A stretch of DNA of 64,000 bases from assembly GCA_004022145.1 (NCBI GenBank), contig RCNU01000006.1. One strand, written 5' to 3'. Below the pieces are notes generated by a model that saw only the letters and a program-made list of their open reading frames with translations, did no database searches and was not told where the DNA came from. Origin of the DNA: Paecilomyces variotii (lineage: Eukaryota). Below, in pieces: positions 39,801-54,545 of the stretch. The first letter of the stretch is position 1; each line of letters opens with the position of its first letter. A program made the position numbers and the translations under genes.

Positions 39801-41099
39801 ATAATCTTCTTTATAATATTAAAGATATTTTTAATTTTTAGTAGTTTAAGGATATCTTTAAGTAAGAGTTAAAGCTTATAAGAATTATATAAGATAAAGA
39901 AAGTAGTATTTAATCCCCTTATTCTCTATAGGATTATCTATACTAATCTTATAGTATTATAGGTATTATTAATAAAAGAGTTAATTTTTTTCTAGTTAAA
40001 ATTATTATCTAAGATTAATTTAATCTTTTTATATATTTAGTTTATAATTACCTCTATATTTATTATTTAAGATCTAATATCCTAGCTATAGTAATAGAAT
40101 ATATATTTGCTATTAATTAGCGAGAGGTTTATAATTTATTAATTGTATATATTAGTAGTAAACTAATTATATAGGTAGTTCGGTTCGGTTTAGGAGAGAG
40201 TTAGACTACCTATAGCGGGTTTTAGTTTAGGGTAAGAAAACTATACTTAAACTAAACTATATTCTGGCGGTTTAGTTTAAAACTAAAAAAACTAAAATAT
40301 TCGCTAAGACTGGGCGCTAAACTAACTTAAGTTAGATTTTTCTTAAACGGTTCGGTTTAAATAGTTTATACAGTTTATAGTATTAAAGGTATTAATATTC
40401 TATATTATTTTATATTATTATTAAATTTATATTCTTTTAAATCTATAGCTAAAAAATAGTTTAGATATAATATTATTATATTAAATCTAAAAGTATAAAG
40501 ATAGTCTTTTAAGATATTATTAAATATTAATATAGACTTTAAAATAATTATTATAGAAATATATATATATATTTATAAACTATAGTGCTAATAGAGTATT
40601 ATTAAATAATATATATAATTTATTATAAAAGCTAAAGTTATTAAACTAAAGAATAGATTTTATTTACTATTATTATTCTTAATAAAAAGTAATTTCTAGA
40701 TTATTCTTTTAATAAGTTAATAGTAAAATCTATATATAATTAGTAAGTTATAACTTCTATAGAAAATATATAAATTCTATATATTTATAAAGCTTACTAA
40801 AATTCTAACTTAAGTTTAAACTACTAAGATTATATTATTTTTATAGCTATTTTTTTTTATCTAAATATAGTTTTTAAGTTAAATATTATTCTTTTATAAT
40901 AGATAATCCCCTAATTAAGCTATTTAATGTAGCTATTCTATTGTAAATTGCAGATACTTATTTTGCCTCGATTTAGCTCTATTAATATAATACTATAATA
41001 ATAAAACTAAAGTCTTTTTTCTTACTAATTTCAAGAAATAATTCTATGCTAAAAAAAGAAATTAATATAATTATTTTTAGCTAAAATCTTGTAGATTAT

Positions 41100-44000
41100 A
41101 ATCCTAAATTATAAGATACTTTCCTTTACTATTTAAAGAAGTAATTAAAGCAATCCCCTAAATATGCTAGAATTATTTATCCTAAATTAAATTAGCTACT
41201 TATATTTTTATTAATGTATTAAATATAATAAACTAGATTATTTAATACTTTTTTGCGGTAGACTATAAGTAGAAATATATATCTTGCATATTAATATCAG
41301 GCAATAAAATTTACTAATTTGCCTTTTAAGTAGTATTAGGAAAAGAAAAAAAATAAAAATAAATATAAAGGTATTTCTTAATCTTATTAAGCTAAATAAG
41401 AAATATAATAATTTTAGATAAAGTAGTTTTAGGATTAGTAAAGATATTCTTAGGAATAATTAAATTAATCTTAACAATAACTATTATAACCTAGGGCTAA
41501 TATCTTTCTTTTTTAAAGGCGAATTGAATAAGATAGTTTTAAAAAAGAAATATTAAGATTTTATAAAGCAATAGTTAAAAAAAATTATAAGTTATTTATT
41601 ATTATAATAGCTCTAGATACAGAAAGTAGTTTAGATAAATAATTTAAGCTAAAAAAAAGCATTTTAATTTAAGTTAGAATATATTAAAAGATTATACTTA
41701 AAGTATTTAGCGCTATTTTAGCTATATTACTAAATAAACCGACTATTACCTATATATAACTTAGCCTATAAAGGAATAAGATAAATAATAAGTATTATAT
41801 GCTAATCTTTTAATTAAGTATACTTAATTAAAACCTAAGAATTTAAAGCATCTTTAAGATACTACTATAAGCTATTAAGAAAAAAATATAAGTAATAAGT
41901 TATTATAAGATATTACTAATAGTAGAGATAATAATAAATTAAATATATAATAGACCTATTTATAATTTAACTTAAGTTAGAATTTATAAATTTAGTCTTT
42001 AAAAAGTAGATAAAGCTTATTTATTTAATTAGCGGTAATTTTATTAATAATAGTTAACTAGAGCAGTAATAAAATAATTAATAAGGGAGCCTAGGGAGTC
42101 TCTAATATTATATACCTATATATATATAATTTCCTAATTAGGTATAGTCTATATTAGGAGTATATATATTATATTATTTTTTCTTTTATTATATTTATTT
42201 CTTTTATTAAATATACTTTTTAATAAAAAGAGTAGATTTTAATCTAGTTAGAATTTAATTAAGGAACTTTAAGTAAGGAATAGCATATAGACTAAATAAC
42301 AATCTAACTTAAGTTAGATTATTTTTAAGGATATAAGGGAAGATTATTATATACTACTATAAGTTACTAACCCTATTATAATTAAAATTCTAACTTAAGT
42401 TAAAGGCTCTATAACTTTACTTATTAGAGAGATAATATAAATAATAAAAGTATTTATTAGATAATAAGACAAATTCTCTAGAATTTTAGTATAGAGAACT
42501 TAGCTAAAAGCATTAATAAAAGAGACTTAAGGCTTATAATTATAGCAATTCTATAGAACCCTATTTAGATTTTAAGCTTATTTAGATTAATATACTATAT
42601 AAGCCGAAGGCTTATATAGCTAAGGCTAGAGTTTTCTTAATAATAAGAAATAATATAATCTATACAGAGCTTAAGAATAAATATCTAGGAATATTATATA
42701 TAAATATAAAGAAGCTTAAAATGTCTTAGAAAGATATAGAATATAATTAAGATATTAACACTAATTATATTAAAAACTTAAAGAATAAGTTCCGCATTAA
42801 TATACAGAGATTTAATATTAATATATAAATAAAAGCGACCCTAAATACTAAAGACTTTAACTTAATATTATAGGCATATATAGCAGAATTATTAGAACTA
42901 GTAAATATTAGTAATATCTATAGTCTCTTAAGGCAGCAGTAAGGTAGAGATAATAACTTTTTTATCTATTTAAAGAAATAGTTAGAAGGGCTTATATTGC
43001 TAATATTATAAGCTAGGCAATATTATTATATAGCTCTTCTAAAGCTGCTAATTAAATAGAAAAAAATAGCTATTATTAAAGCTATTAATTATAAAGGAAA
43101 GATAATTAAAAGACTATAGGCTAATATATATCCCTATTTTAATTTAAGTTAGAATTTAGCTAATTAATCTATAGGTATATCTCTAGGCTATTAACCTCTA
43201 TAATAAGGTAATATTATTAGAAGTTCTTACAGCATTATAATCTAATTATAAAGATATTACTTATATTAATATTAATAAAGAATATATATTCTTATTTATT
43301 AAGGAGTAGGAGAAGAAACTTATAGATTAATATAAGAAACTACTAAAAAACTATAAAAAGTTTAAAAATTAGGCGCGCCTTATTATTAGTATATTACTTA
43401 ACTATATAACTTATATTATAGCCCTTTTATATAATAATATTTAATTATAATATTTGCGGGAGTATTTATAAATAGCTTATAATTACTCTTATTAAAACTA
43501 TATATTAAGAGAGATAATTATAAATATAAAGCTAGATTAGGTATATTTAGGGATCTAATTTTAATTTTAATTTTTTAACTTAAATTAGATCTAGATTATA
43601 GAATTTAAGAAGTTTTTTAGCTTTATTAAGATAATCTTTATAAATAAGTAGAGTAGAGTAGTATTAGTAGAGGATTAAAAACTAATTATTAAATATTATT
43701 ATAGCGCGAGCAATTATACTTTATATATATTATTCTTTCTTTTATAGGCAGATTATAAAAATAATAGATTTAAGCTATCTCTAAATTATAGGTAGTTTAA
43801 TAAATAATTATTACCTTATTTAAAGATTCCTATACTATCTCTTAAGAACCCTATTTAATAACTATCTTTCCTTATAGCCCTACTAGATAAAGCATATATA
43901 TAAATATAGAAGAATGTTTTAGAGAATAGAGAACTTAAGTTCCCCTTATAATAAGTTCTAACTTAAGTTAGATATAAAAATTAATTATAAACTAATTATT

Positions 44001-45750
44001 ATAAGAGCTTATAGATTAATCTTAATAATAAAATTAGTCTCTTATTAAAATTTATGCTAAAATATATTATATTCTAATATAATCTAGAATAGTAATATTT
44101 TACTACAGCCTTTAAATATCTTTAAAAATTTTAGTAGATAAATAAATTTTAATATTCTCTCTTTTATAAGTCTAATAATATATATACTGCTAAGGGCTTT
44201 ATAGAAAAACTTATTAATAAGCTTTATAAGAACTCCCTATAAACCTAGGCAGATTTAAAGCATTATATAATAACCTTATTTAATTATAATTAGAATTAAT
44301 ACTAATATCTTTTAGCTGCTAGAACTATATAATAATCTCTATTTCTAAGATATTAAGGAATAAGATAGTTATAACTAATAGTATATATATCTTTCTTATT
44401 TTAAGCGGCGCTATTAAGCCTATATTCTCTATATAACTTCTAAAGCAATCTTACTTAACTTTAAGAGTATTATAAATTAATTTAATAATAAGAGCGAGAT
44501 TATAAGTCTAGATTATTTTAACTTAAGTTAAAATTAATATAATATAAGATAAATAACTTTCTATTTTTATTGCCTTTAGTAGTATTATATAATAAGCCTA
44601 ATTTTAATATAATAATATAGTAAAAAACTTAAGAATCTTAAAAGTTAATTAATATAAGGATAATTTAAAGACTTAATCTAATATTATTAGAGCTCTATAG
44701 ATATATTAATCTATTAAGAGAAGTATAGTTTATATTATAAAGCTTAGCTTCTTTAAGACCAATAATTATAAGAAGGATTCTAAGAATCTTATTAAGACTA
44801 AGGTATATATGCTATTAATCTAATTTAAGTTAAAAATTAACTTAATTTAAGAGGAATAATATTAGTGCTTATAGGCACTAAAAGAGATCGCCGATTTTTT
44901 AATTAAGTAGGACTGGGCTCTAGATATAGATAATATAAATAAATATCTGCGGCGCTTTATACTAGACTATAATCTTAAAATTAAGAATAAATATACTGCT
45001 TAAAAGAAGTTATATATACCTTTTTTAACCTTATTAAACTAACTGCTAATAAATAAATACTCTTATAATAATAATAAGGAATAATATAAGTTAAAAAATT
45101 AGAAATAGCTCTAAGCTATTATTTTTAATACCTTAAGGAAGAAATAGAAAATATTAAAGAATTCTATAAATAAATAAATTAATATATTTATTCTAACTAA
45201 AGTTAGAATAAGATTTAATTAAAATTCTAGATTAAGATATAGAGACTAATAAGGTAAATAATATATTTTAAAAGAATAGTATAGATAATAATAATAAAGG
45301 TAAATTATTTTTCTTATTAATTATATTATTAAATAATTATAATAATACTATTATTATAAGTATAAGAGTAAGGCTAAATTTTTAGTTTAGATTTAAGTTT
45401 TTTAGTTTAGCTTTAAATAAGCTATCTTAATAGTATTTGCTTAGTATATAAGAAACTAACTTAAGTTAGAAATAAAATAATTAAGTTTTTTTTAGACTAA
45501 TAATATAATCTCTACTTCTAAATTAAATTATTTAAGAGTAATTTTCCTTTAATAATAAGAACTTATATTATTTAGAAGCTTTATCTCTAACTTAAGTTAG
45601 AGTAAATTCTACTAATAGGATAGAAATTAGTTCTTAAAGATTTAATTTAAGTTAATATAGCTATTACTTCTTATTTCTATTTTAGGATAATAATTAGAGA
45701 TAAAAAAGCAGGACTATAAAGATAGGGACTATAGAATAGAAGAAAAAAAT
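41100..45750 (+). pseudogene. Multi-exon cargo gene(s) of the inner hAT, with ParB/DUF3723-like motifs; boundaries approximate
   Basis: De-RIP reading NRDIDxDHVKNLKxKF (~42745), LQAGQHRxxALL (43006-43041), then after intron 43126-43174 YLWAIDLYD...L..LRSN...DGE. A further coding-like exon EIADFLIKQDWALD lies at ~44885. Confidence 0.55.
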
Positions 45751-45949
45751 AGTATATTTTAATAATCTAGGCTAGCTCTATAGTAATCTGAGATATAAAT
45801 ATATTTAAGCAAGAATTTAACTTAAATTAGAATACTATAGATATTATGCCGCCGCCAATATTATTATTTTTAAATTTCTTCTTCTCCTTGCTTTACTCTA
45901 ATAGAGATATATTAGGATTATTAAGTCTTTTATTATAGTTTTAGAATTA

Positions 45950-48599
45950 TATTATTTATACTCTTATAAAGATTTATAAAACTTCTTTATCTTTAAATAC
46001 TAATATCTAGGATATAAATTTTAATTATAATCTTATTAAATAATATAAGCCCTAATCTAAAGCTAATACTCCTAACTTAACTAAACTTAAGATAATAAGA
46101 TATAATTAAGGAAAGGCTATTATCTATCTAGCTCTTCTAGAATAAGTTTAGATTTTTAAATTTTAATAAAATAAAACAGAATTTATAAAATAATAGTCTA
46201 AGTTTTAATAGATAAAAATAAAGACTTAATTATATATATAATAATACTATTAAGAAATTATAAATAATATTTTTAGTGTCTCTTATATATAATATTTATA
46301 TTGCTCTATATTTCTTTAATATCCTTATAAAGGAGGAAATAGTATTAGCTTAATAGCCGCCTATATAAAAAGAGCTATATACTAATCTAAAGATAAGACT
46401 TAGAAAAATAATAATATTTAAAATATATTAATTATAAAAGTAAGAACTAGGTAATTAATATAGACTTTATTACTAATATTTTTTTTAAAAAACTTTTAAT
46501 CTAATATATATATTAAATGTATTATATAATTAGATCCTGTATTTTATTATAGGATATTGCTAATTATTTTAAATAATTAAATATATTTAGTTCTGCTATA
46601 TGTTATATATAGCTGCTAGTAATTTATATCTAGAGTTACTTAACTAATATTAGATTTAAGCATGCCTTTTTAAATTTAAGGAGATTAATTATACTAAAAT
46701 ACTGTTATATTTATTAGAGTAAGGAAAGATTTCTCTAATATTAGATTATTAGACTAGTTAAAGTTAATATTCTTTTCTTACTATAACTAGATATTTTATT
46801 AATATAAAATAAGTATATAGGGAAGTACTCTTAGCCTTTAATCCTGTCTATAAATTATATACTAAAAAAAACTTAGCTAAAATATTACTAAAAAATCTTT
46901 ATTAATATAATTTATAATATCAAATCCTTATTATTACTATAAATAATATAAATAATAATATTATCCTAATAGCGGAGCTAGATAAAAGCCTAAAGGGTAA
47001 GCTTAAAATAGATTTATTATTAGAAGATTTCTAAGATATAATATTAAATTAACTTATTTCAAATTGCTATTATATTCTATATTTAGTATATGTTTTATAA
47101 CTTATAGTTAATGTTTTACTAAGTAAACTCTATATTAATACTCCTATTAATAATAGTATTAGTTAGAATATAAAAAAGGATAAAGGCCTATTATATTCTT
47201 AGGGTATCTTAATATTATTAAAAAAGGTATTCTCTATTTAACTTAAGTTAGATTAATACTAATAGATTTCTATATAGGTTTGCAAAATTATTAGATTTAT
47301 TAATATAAGCTCTTAGTATTAGGAATATTTCTTAATATTATAATAATTAAGTATTAGTTAGCTAAAATTATTACTTCTTAATTACTAGATATAATAGAAT
47401 TTAATATATCTTATACTTATATATACCCTTAAACTATATATAGTAATTGGACGATTTATTATATTATAGGCTAATAAAAATGTTTATTTTCTAATATTAT
47501 CCCCTACTAAATAATATTAGGTTAAATATCTTATTAAGTTAACCTGGCCATTTTATAATCTTACTCTCGCCGTATTAAAGATAAATAGTCTATTAGTTTA
47601 TAGGGTTTTTAAAATCTATAATACTATCTTTAATTATTTTAATAATTATATAGAGCATTTAAAATTAAAAAGAGCTGTATAGAAGATTTAACTCTAAGAT
47701 ACTTTATCTAAAGCTTATAATAAATTACGAACTTATTATACTTATATATATAAATCTTAAGGATTTATATATATAATTGCAATAATTCTTTACCCCAATA
47801 TAAAACTTAAATATTTTAAAATTTAGGTCTAGTAAGATATAATAAAAAACTAGTATAATACTTATAAAAAGATTTTTTATAAGATATTTTAATACTATAA
47901 TAATTAAAATCTAAATATTAAGGTATAATTAGGAATCTATTTATTAATCTTAACCTTAGATTATGTGTTTATATAATCTAAATATTATTATCTCCCTTTA
48001 AATATTACTAGTACTTATTAAGAAATTTAGACTTATCTTACTAAAGGTAATATTCTATCTAATATTATATCTAAATTATATAGTATTATTCTAACTTAAG
48101 TTAGATTAAGTTTATTAGAATTAGATAATATCTTTAACTATTAGAGAATTAATAAATACTAATTCCTAATTTTTATAATAATAGCCCGAGATTTTCTTAT
48201 AATTCTATTAAGTAGTATTAATATAGAATAATTATTTAATAATACCTGAAATATCTGCTATTACTAATATAGCTAACTACTTCCTAATATAATCTATACT
48301 TTAATACTTCTTATATATATTAAAAATTTTATTATTTAGCAGGAATTTAAGGTAATAATTAATAATATAGATATAATACCTAATAATTAACAATCTAAAA
48401 GGGAGGAGATTAAATCGCTAAATCTAATTAGTAATAATAAGGATATAGATAATATATTAGAAGGAGAAATAAATATAGATAATAAAGATTATTAGATAGA
48501 GCAGTTTAGGGGTTAAGGTCTTTTAAATATTTAAATAGATTAACCTATTACTAAATCTACTTATAATAAAAGAGAATAATTAGATAAATTACCTATACC
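45950..48599 (+). pseudogene. hAT transposase (Restless/Tfo1-like), RIP'd, with introns; start approximate
   Basis: De-RIP GKISLxLDCWTS...FLAxTGYFID...YREVLLAF...HTGENLA...ITTDNAxNN (46723-46960), IPCLAHVLQL (~47074), and YW...FP..MARDFLAIP.SGVGVERLFN.ARDICHYRR (48140-48270). Confidence 0.87.
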
Positions 48600-51500
48600 T
48601 ATTATAGTACTAGCATAGGAGATAGAGATCTACTAGTTAATGCTTACATAAGGCATTATGTAACCTCGCAAAGATATCTTCGACGCATAGCTTAATCTAA
48701 ATTTAAGCTCTTTAAGCTATATCTTATTTACTAAGCCTGCCTGCAACAGCCTATTCTAGTCTAAATTAGCTAAATAGAGATCCTATAGCTAATCCTAGTA
48801 TTAACTACCTTATTCTATTTATTCTGACCCGCTTCTTAAGCCTATACCTTAACACTATATAGCTTCTACCTAGGAGTTAATACTGTTAATAATACCTGCC
48901 CTAATTCCCCTATTCCTGCTAATAACTCTAGGAAAGTTTATTAAGCATATTACTGCTAGCTATAGGCCAGAATAGTATAATTATTATTGCCTGGCATATA
49001 AATATATTAATAAAGCTGAGACTACTGCGAATAAGATAAATTATTAGGCCGAGGTATATTTTTAAGAGCTTTAGTAAGAATTTACTATTATTTAACAGAG
49101 ACTTAAATAAGAAGTTATTAAACTTAAGACTATCTAGTAATATTAAAAGACCCAGCTCTAAGAAAAAGAACAGCAATATATCTAGACTATTCTTAAGAAG
49201 GATTAGGCCTATTATATAGTTATACCTACTGTAAATATATCTCTATTTATATCTAAATCTAAGCCTAATATTAAGAGGCCTATAACTACTCTAATAGGAA
49301 TATCTAAGATACTTACTACTATATCTTCCTCCGCTTTTAGATTTTTAGAAAGACTCTCTAACTTTAATAAGTTTAAAGGCGATTAAAAGGACCTTTAGCG
49401 CTTTATAGCCTAGATCTAAGGGAAAATAATAATTAACTAAGACTAATTCCCGATTTCCCAGAGCTGTATAACTTATATAATTAACCGCTTAAAGGGTACG
49501 CCCTATACCTAAATATTGCTATATATTAGAAATAGAACTTGCACTCTTAGTAACTACTAAGAGATTCTAGATATTTTAGAGCGTATATTTAGTAATCTTA
49601 ATTATGTAAATAATATATATAGCAAATTATTTAATCTCTATTAGATTAATAAAGAATTTAGAATTTTCTTTACTAAGTTCTAGTGCCTGGCGCTAGAAGG
49701 AGAAATACTTAAAGGAATACTATCTACCCTGCTTAAGTAAGCTATTAGTTAAGAACTCTGAGAAATATTATTATATAATTAGCCCCTAAATTATAAATAT
49801 TACTAGTTTATTAAATTCCTGTAAGATCTTAAGAACTGTTATTGCTAATATATTATAAACTAGCCCCCTATTATAAAGACTTATACTGCTATTTTAAAAC
49901 CTATTTAGCATACTTAATCTCCCTTGCCTGCTCTAAGTCTTGCTCTAATTATAAGATATAATAATTAGTCCTGGAGAAGCCTTATATAGAAGAGTAAATT
50001 AGCCCTGGCATAATTATATAACTTAATAAACCTAAGCACTTCTAAATACCCGGGCAAGAGAGGGTATAGCCTATTATACTATAAAACTAGCGCCTACTTT
50101 TACTGCGGCTTCTTAAAATATTATATTAAAGACTACCTATACTTAAATAACTGCTAGAAGATCTAGACTATAGCTATATATAAACCCTATCCCCAGACTC
50201 CCTAAGTAATCTAGTTCTTAAACTTATGTAGTTTATTCCCTAGCCAGTCTTTAATAAAAAGAATAAGCCTAAAGTAAGTTATAGCCAGGCTTAAGAACTA
50301 TATATTATCTAAATCTCTGCCGCTGTTATTTATAAAATTAACCTTAAGAAATACCTATAATAATTGAAATTAATAATACTATTTATAATATTAGAAAAGA
50401 AGAAGAAGAAGATTTACCTACTGATTTATGCCCTGCTTAATACTAGAGCTAAAAGATAAGAATTTATAGACTAAGGATAGGCTAAAGACTAGAAGTTAGA
50501 GCTTATCCTTCTAAAGAGCCTAATTACCCTATATATATTTAATAAAAGAGAATTAAAGAATAGGAAGATTATATACTATATCTAGATAGATATAAGAATT
50601 AAGGATTATTTTAAGAAAGATACTAAGTTCTATATTATCTAATTAGCGCACTACCCTATTATTCTAGGACTCTTCTAATTAAAGTACTATAATCTATATT
50701 TACAATTTGCCGCCTATAGTATTGCTTTTAATAGTAATTATTATTAAAAGAATTATAATATACCCTTAAAGCTAATTAAAATACCCGCCTTATATAATAT
50801 TCCCCTAAAGGCTTTGCCTTAATACCTACTCCTAAGACCTAGAGGACTAGAAAAGAGAAATATAGCCTTTATTTCTCTAGCCGCTTATTCTGCCTATACT
50901 TAAAAAAATGCTTAAATATTTATAATTATCCTAGAGGACCTAGATACTGCTCTAAGGATTAAATAAGTCTAAGAAGAAGACTTTGCCTACTTACTGCCCA
51001 AGGAGTTTAAGAATTATATTAATATCTTTTCTCCTAAGAAGGCTAAGCGCCTGCTATTATATTATTTTTATAATTATAATATTAAGCTACTAGAGGAGAA
51101 GTTACTCTCCTTTAAATCTCTATATACTATATTCTAGGATAAATTAAAGGTCCTAAAAGAATAAATTAAAAAAAACTTAAGAAAGGGATTTATCTATCTA
51201 AGCTTATTACCTACCGCATCCCTAATTTTATTTATTAAGAAGTCTGGTAAAGGAATATAGATTTATATAGATTATTAAGCCCTGAATATAATAACTATTA
51301 AAGACTAATATCTCTTACCTCTAACTAAGGAGACCCTAAATAACCTAAAAGGAATAAAGTATTTTATAAAGATTAATATTATTTCCGCATTTAATAACCT
51401 CTATATTAAGAAAGGATAAGAATACTTAACTGCCTTCTATATCTAACTTAGCCTATTTAAATTATTAGTAATATTATTTAGCTTAATAGAAGTACTAGCA

Positions 51501-54500
51501 ATATTTTAATAGTTTATTAATAATACCCTATAAGATTATCTTAATATCTTTTATATTATATACCTTAACAATATCTTAGTATATAGTATAACCCATTCTA
51601 AATATATCTAATATATCTGCACTATCCTGTAAAAGCTATATAAAATAAGCCTATATATAAAGATCTAGAAGTGCGAGTTTATTATCTCTAAGACTAAATT
51701 CTTAGGCATTATTATTAGCCGGGATTGTATTAAGATAGACCTAAATAAGATAAAAATAATTACTAAATAGAAGACCCCGACCTATATAATTAATATATAA
51801 GCCTTTATTAAGTTTAGCAACTTTTACTGTTAGTTTATTTATAACTTTTCTAAGATAATCGCACCGCTTATAAACTTAACCTAGAAAAGAATCCCCTTTA
51901 ATTAGATATCTGCCTATTAGTCTAGTTTTAAAGCCCTGAAAAAAGTATTTGTTTAAGCCCTAATCCTAAAACTATTTAACTGGACCTATAAGGTTATAAT
52001 TAAAACTAACTTATCTAACTATATATTAGCTAGAGTTATATCCTAATATAATAATAAAGGAATTCTATATTCTATTATATTTTTCTTAAAGAAGCTCTTT
52101 GCTATAGAGTATAATTATAAGATTTATAATAAAGAGCTGTTAGCAATTATCTGCTGCTTTAAAAAATAATGCCCTAAGCTTAAAAGTATACTATCGCCAA
52201 TTAAAGTTATTACAGACTATTATAACCTGAAATATTTTATATTAATTAAGCTGCTAAACTAATAATAGGCCTATTAATCTAAGTTTTTATCCTAGTTTAA
52301 TTTCTGAATTGTATACTAACCTAGAAGGTAAGAAATAAAGCCTAACGCCCTAACCAGGAGGTTAGAAAATCTCCTTAAGGAGGGGGATAAACAGCTACAA
52401 TATTAGAGCCAGACAGTCTTAAAGAAGGAGAATCTTAACCTATAGATTTAAAGATCCCTAAAATTAAAAGCTATTATTAGAAATTAAATAATAAGATATA
52501 TTCGCTTCGCTAATCTAATAGTTTAAAAGATTAAAAATCCTGCTAAATCTATAAGAATATCTGCCTAATCTGCTTTAAAAAATTAACCTATTTAGCCTAG
52601 AGAACCTGTCTAGCCTACCCTGCTGCCTAACTAGTCTATTAAAATTATTTAACCTACTGAGAAGATAATCTAGTCTATTAAAAAGACTATTTAGCCTATT
52701 AAAGAAATAGCCTAGCCTATTAAATAAAACTAGTTAAGTTCCCCTACTGCGCCCAATAAACTAAAATACTTGCCTAATATTAAAGACCTGCTAAATATAG
52801 CTTACTTATCTAATAACTTAATATAATTTATCCTGCAAGCCTTAGATTATAAAGCTAACTATTATTCTAAGATTACGCTAGCTAACTACTAGTAAAAAGA
52901 AAGATATCTATACTATAAAGACCGCCTATATATTCTTAACTATAATAAGCTAAGAGCCTGCCTATTGTAAGAATGCTATAATAAGTATATATTTAAATAC
53001 CCTAGAAAATATAAGCTTTATAATTTAATCTTACAAGAGTATTACTAGCTAAATATATACTAATATATAGACTATTAGACCCAGAATTACTATACCTGCT
53101 ACTATATTATACCCTTAAATAAAGGCTGCTAAGGAGTCTTATACTAGCTTTCTATCTCTAAATACTCTTAGTAAGATATCTTAATAGATTTTATTATTAG
53201 ACTTATATCTTGCTAAGGTTATAATGCTATATTAGTTACTATAGACTAACTTATAAAGATAAAATATTTTATTCCCTGCCAGGCTATCTGTAATATTAAA
53301 AGAGTAGCATAATTATATATTTACTATATATAGAAGCTTTATAGGCTACTAAAGATTATAATATCTAACTAAAGCCTTTAATTTATTGCTACTTTCTAGA
53401 AATACCTAACTTAATATTTAGATATTATAAACTTACTATTTACTACTTACTATCCTAAGACTAATAATTAGATTAAGAGGATAAATACTATCCTGGAACA
53501 ATACCTATATGCCTATATTAGCTATCTATAAGATAACTAGATTAACTAGCTATCTCTAGCTAAGTTCGCGTTAAACTCCTATTGTTCTAAGACTACTAAA
53601 ATATTACCCTTCTTTACTAATTATAGATTTTATCTATATATAGGATTTAAGCCTATCTAGCCTATAAACTAGCCTACTACTAGAGATACTAAAGCCTTTA
53701 CTAAAAAAATATAAGATATTATAAATTATATTTATACCTAGATTTATACTGCTTAAGCCTATTATAAAGAGCAGACTAACTACTGTTAAACCCCAGCCTG
53801 CTGCTACTATATAGGATAATCTATCTAATTAGATACTTAGAATATTTATATTTAGCGCCTCTAGAAGAAACTTAACTAGAAGAATCTTAGCCTATTTTAT
53901 ATTACTAAAATTATTAGCCTATATGCCTATTAGCTTAATCTACCTATCTTAATATATATCTATCCTATATTTAATATTAGCCTGCTTCGCCCTATTATTA
54001 AAAACCTTATGCCTAGATAAAGATAACCTTTACTACTGCCCGTTAAAGTTAATAGCCTTAAAGAATAAGTTATTAAAGATATCTTAGACTCCCAATAAGA
54101 ATATTATAAGTATAAAGGCCCCCGACTATAATATACTATTAAATAGTTAGGTTATAATAACCTAATTAAAGAGCCCATATATTACCTATAGTATACCCTA
54201 GAAATTATTACTAACTTCTACTACTACTATTTAAATAAGCTAAAGCTAGAGAATAGTCTTAATAAAGCTTAACCCTAAAGAGGGGAGTATTATTATAATG
54301 CCAGTATAGGAGATAGAGATTTACTAGTTAATACTTATATAAGGTATTATATAACCTCACGAAGATATCTTTAACATATAGCTCAATTTAAATTTAAGCT
54401 CTTTAAGCTATATCTTGTTTACTAAGCCTGCCTGCAATAGCCCGTTCTAGTCTGAATTAGCTAGATAAAGATCTTGTAGCTAGTCCTAGTATTAACTACC

Positions 54501-54545
54501 TTATTCTATTTGTTCTGACCTGTTTCCTGAGCCCGTACCTTAACA
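48600..54545 (+). mobile_element. Ty3/Gypsy chromovirus family C (5946 bp), RIP-inactivated, no accessory ORF
   Basis: 255-bp LTRs at 48600-48854 and 54291-54545. TSD ATACC. PPT AAAGAGGGGAG. Gag knuckle at ~50095, YLDDI at ~51561, chromodomain at ~54060-54230 directly before the PPT. Confidence 0.94.

Noticed and set aside
40322-48105. CRISPR-like array from the recurring palindrome
   Set aside because: Spacing is irregular (tens of bp to over 1 kb), the context is eukaryotic, and the copies lie in introns.
48928-49176. 82-aa minus-strand ORF
   Set aside because: A chance ORF antisense to the RIP'd gag of Gypsy C.
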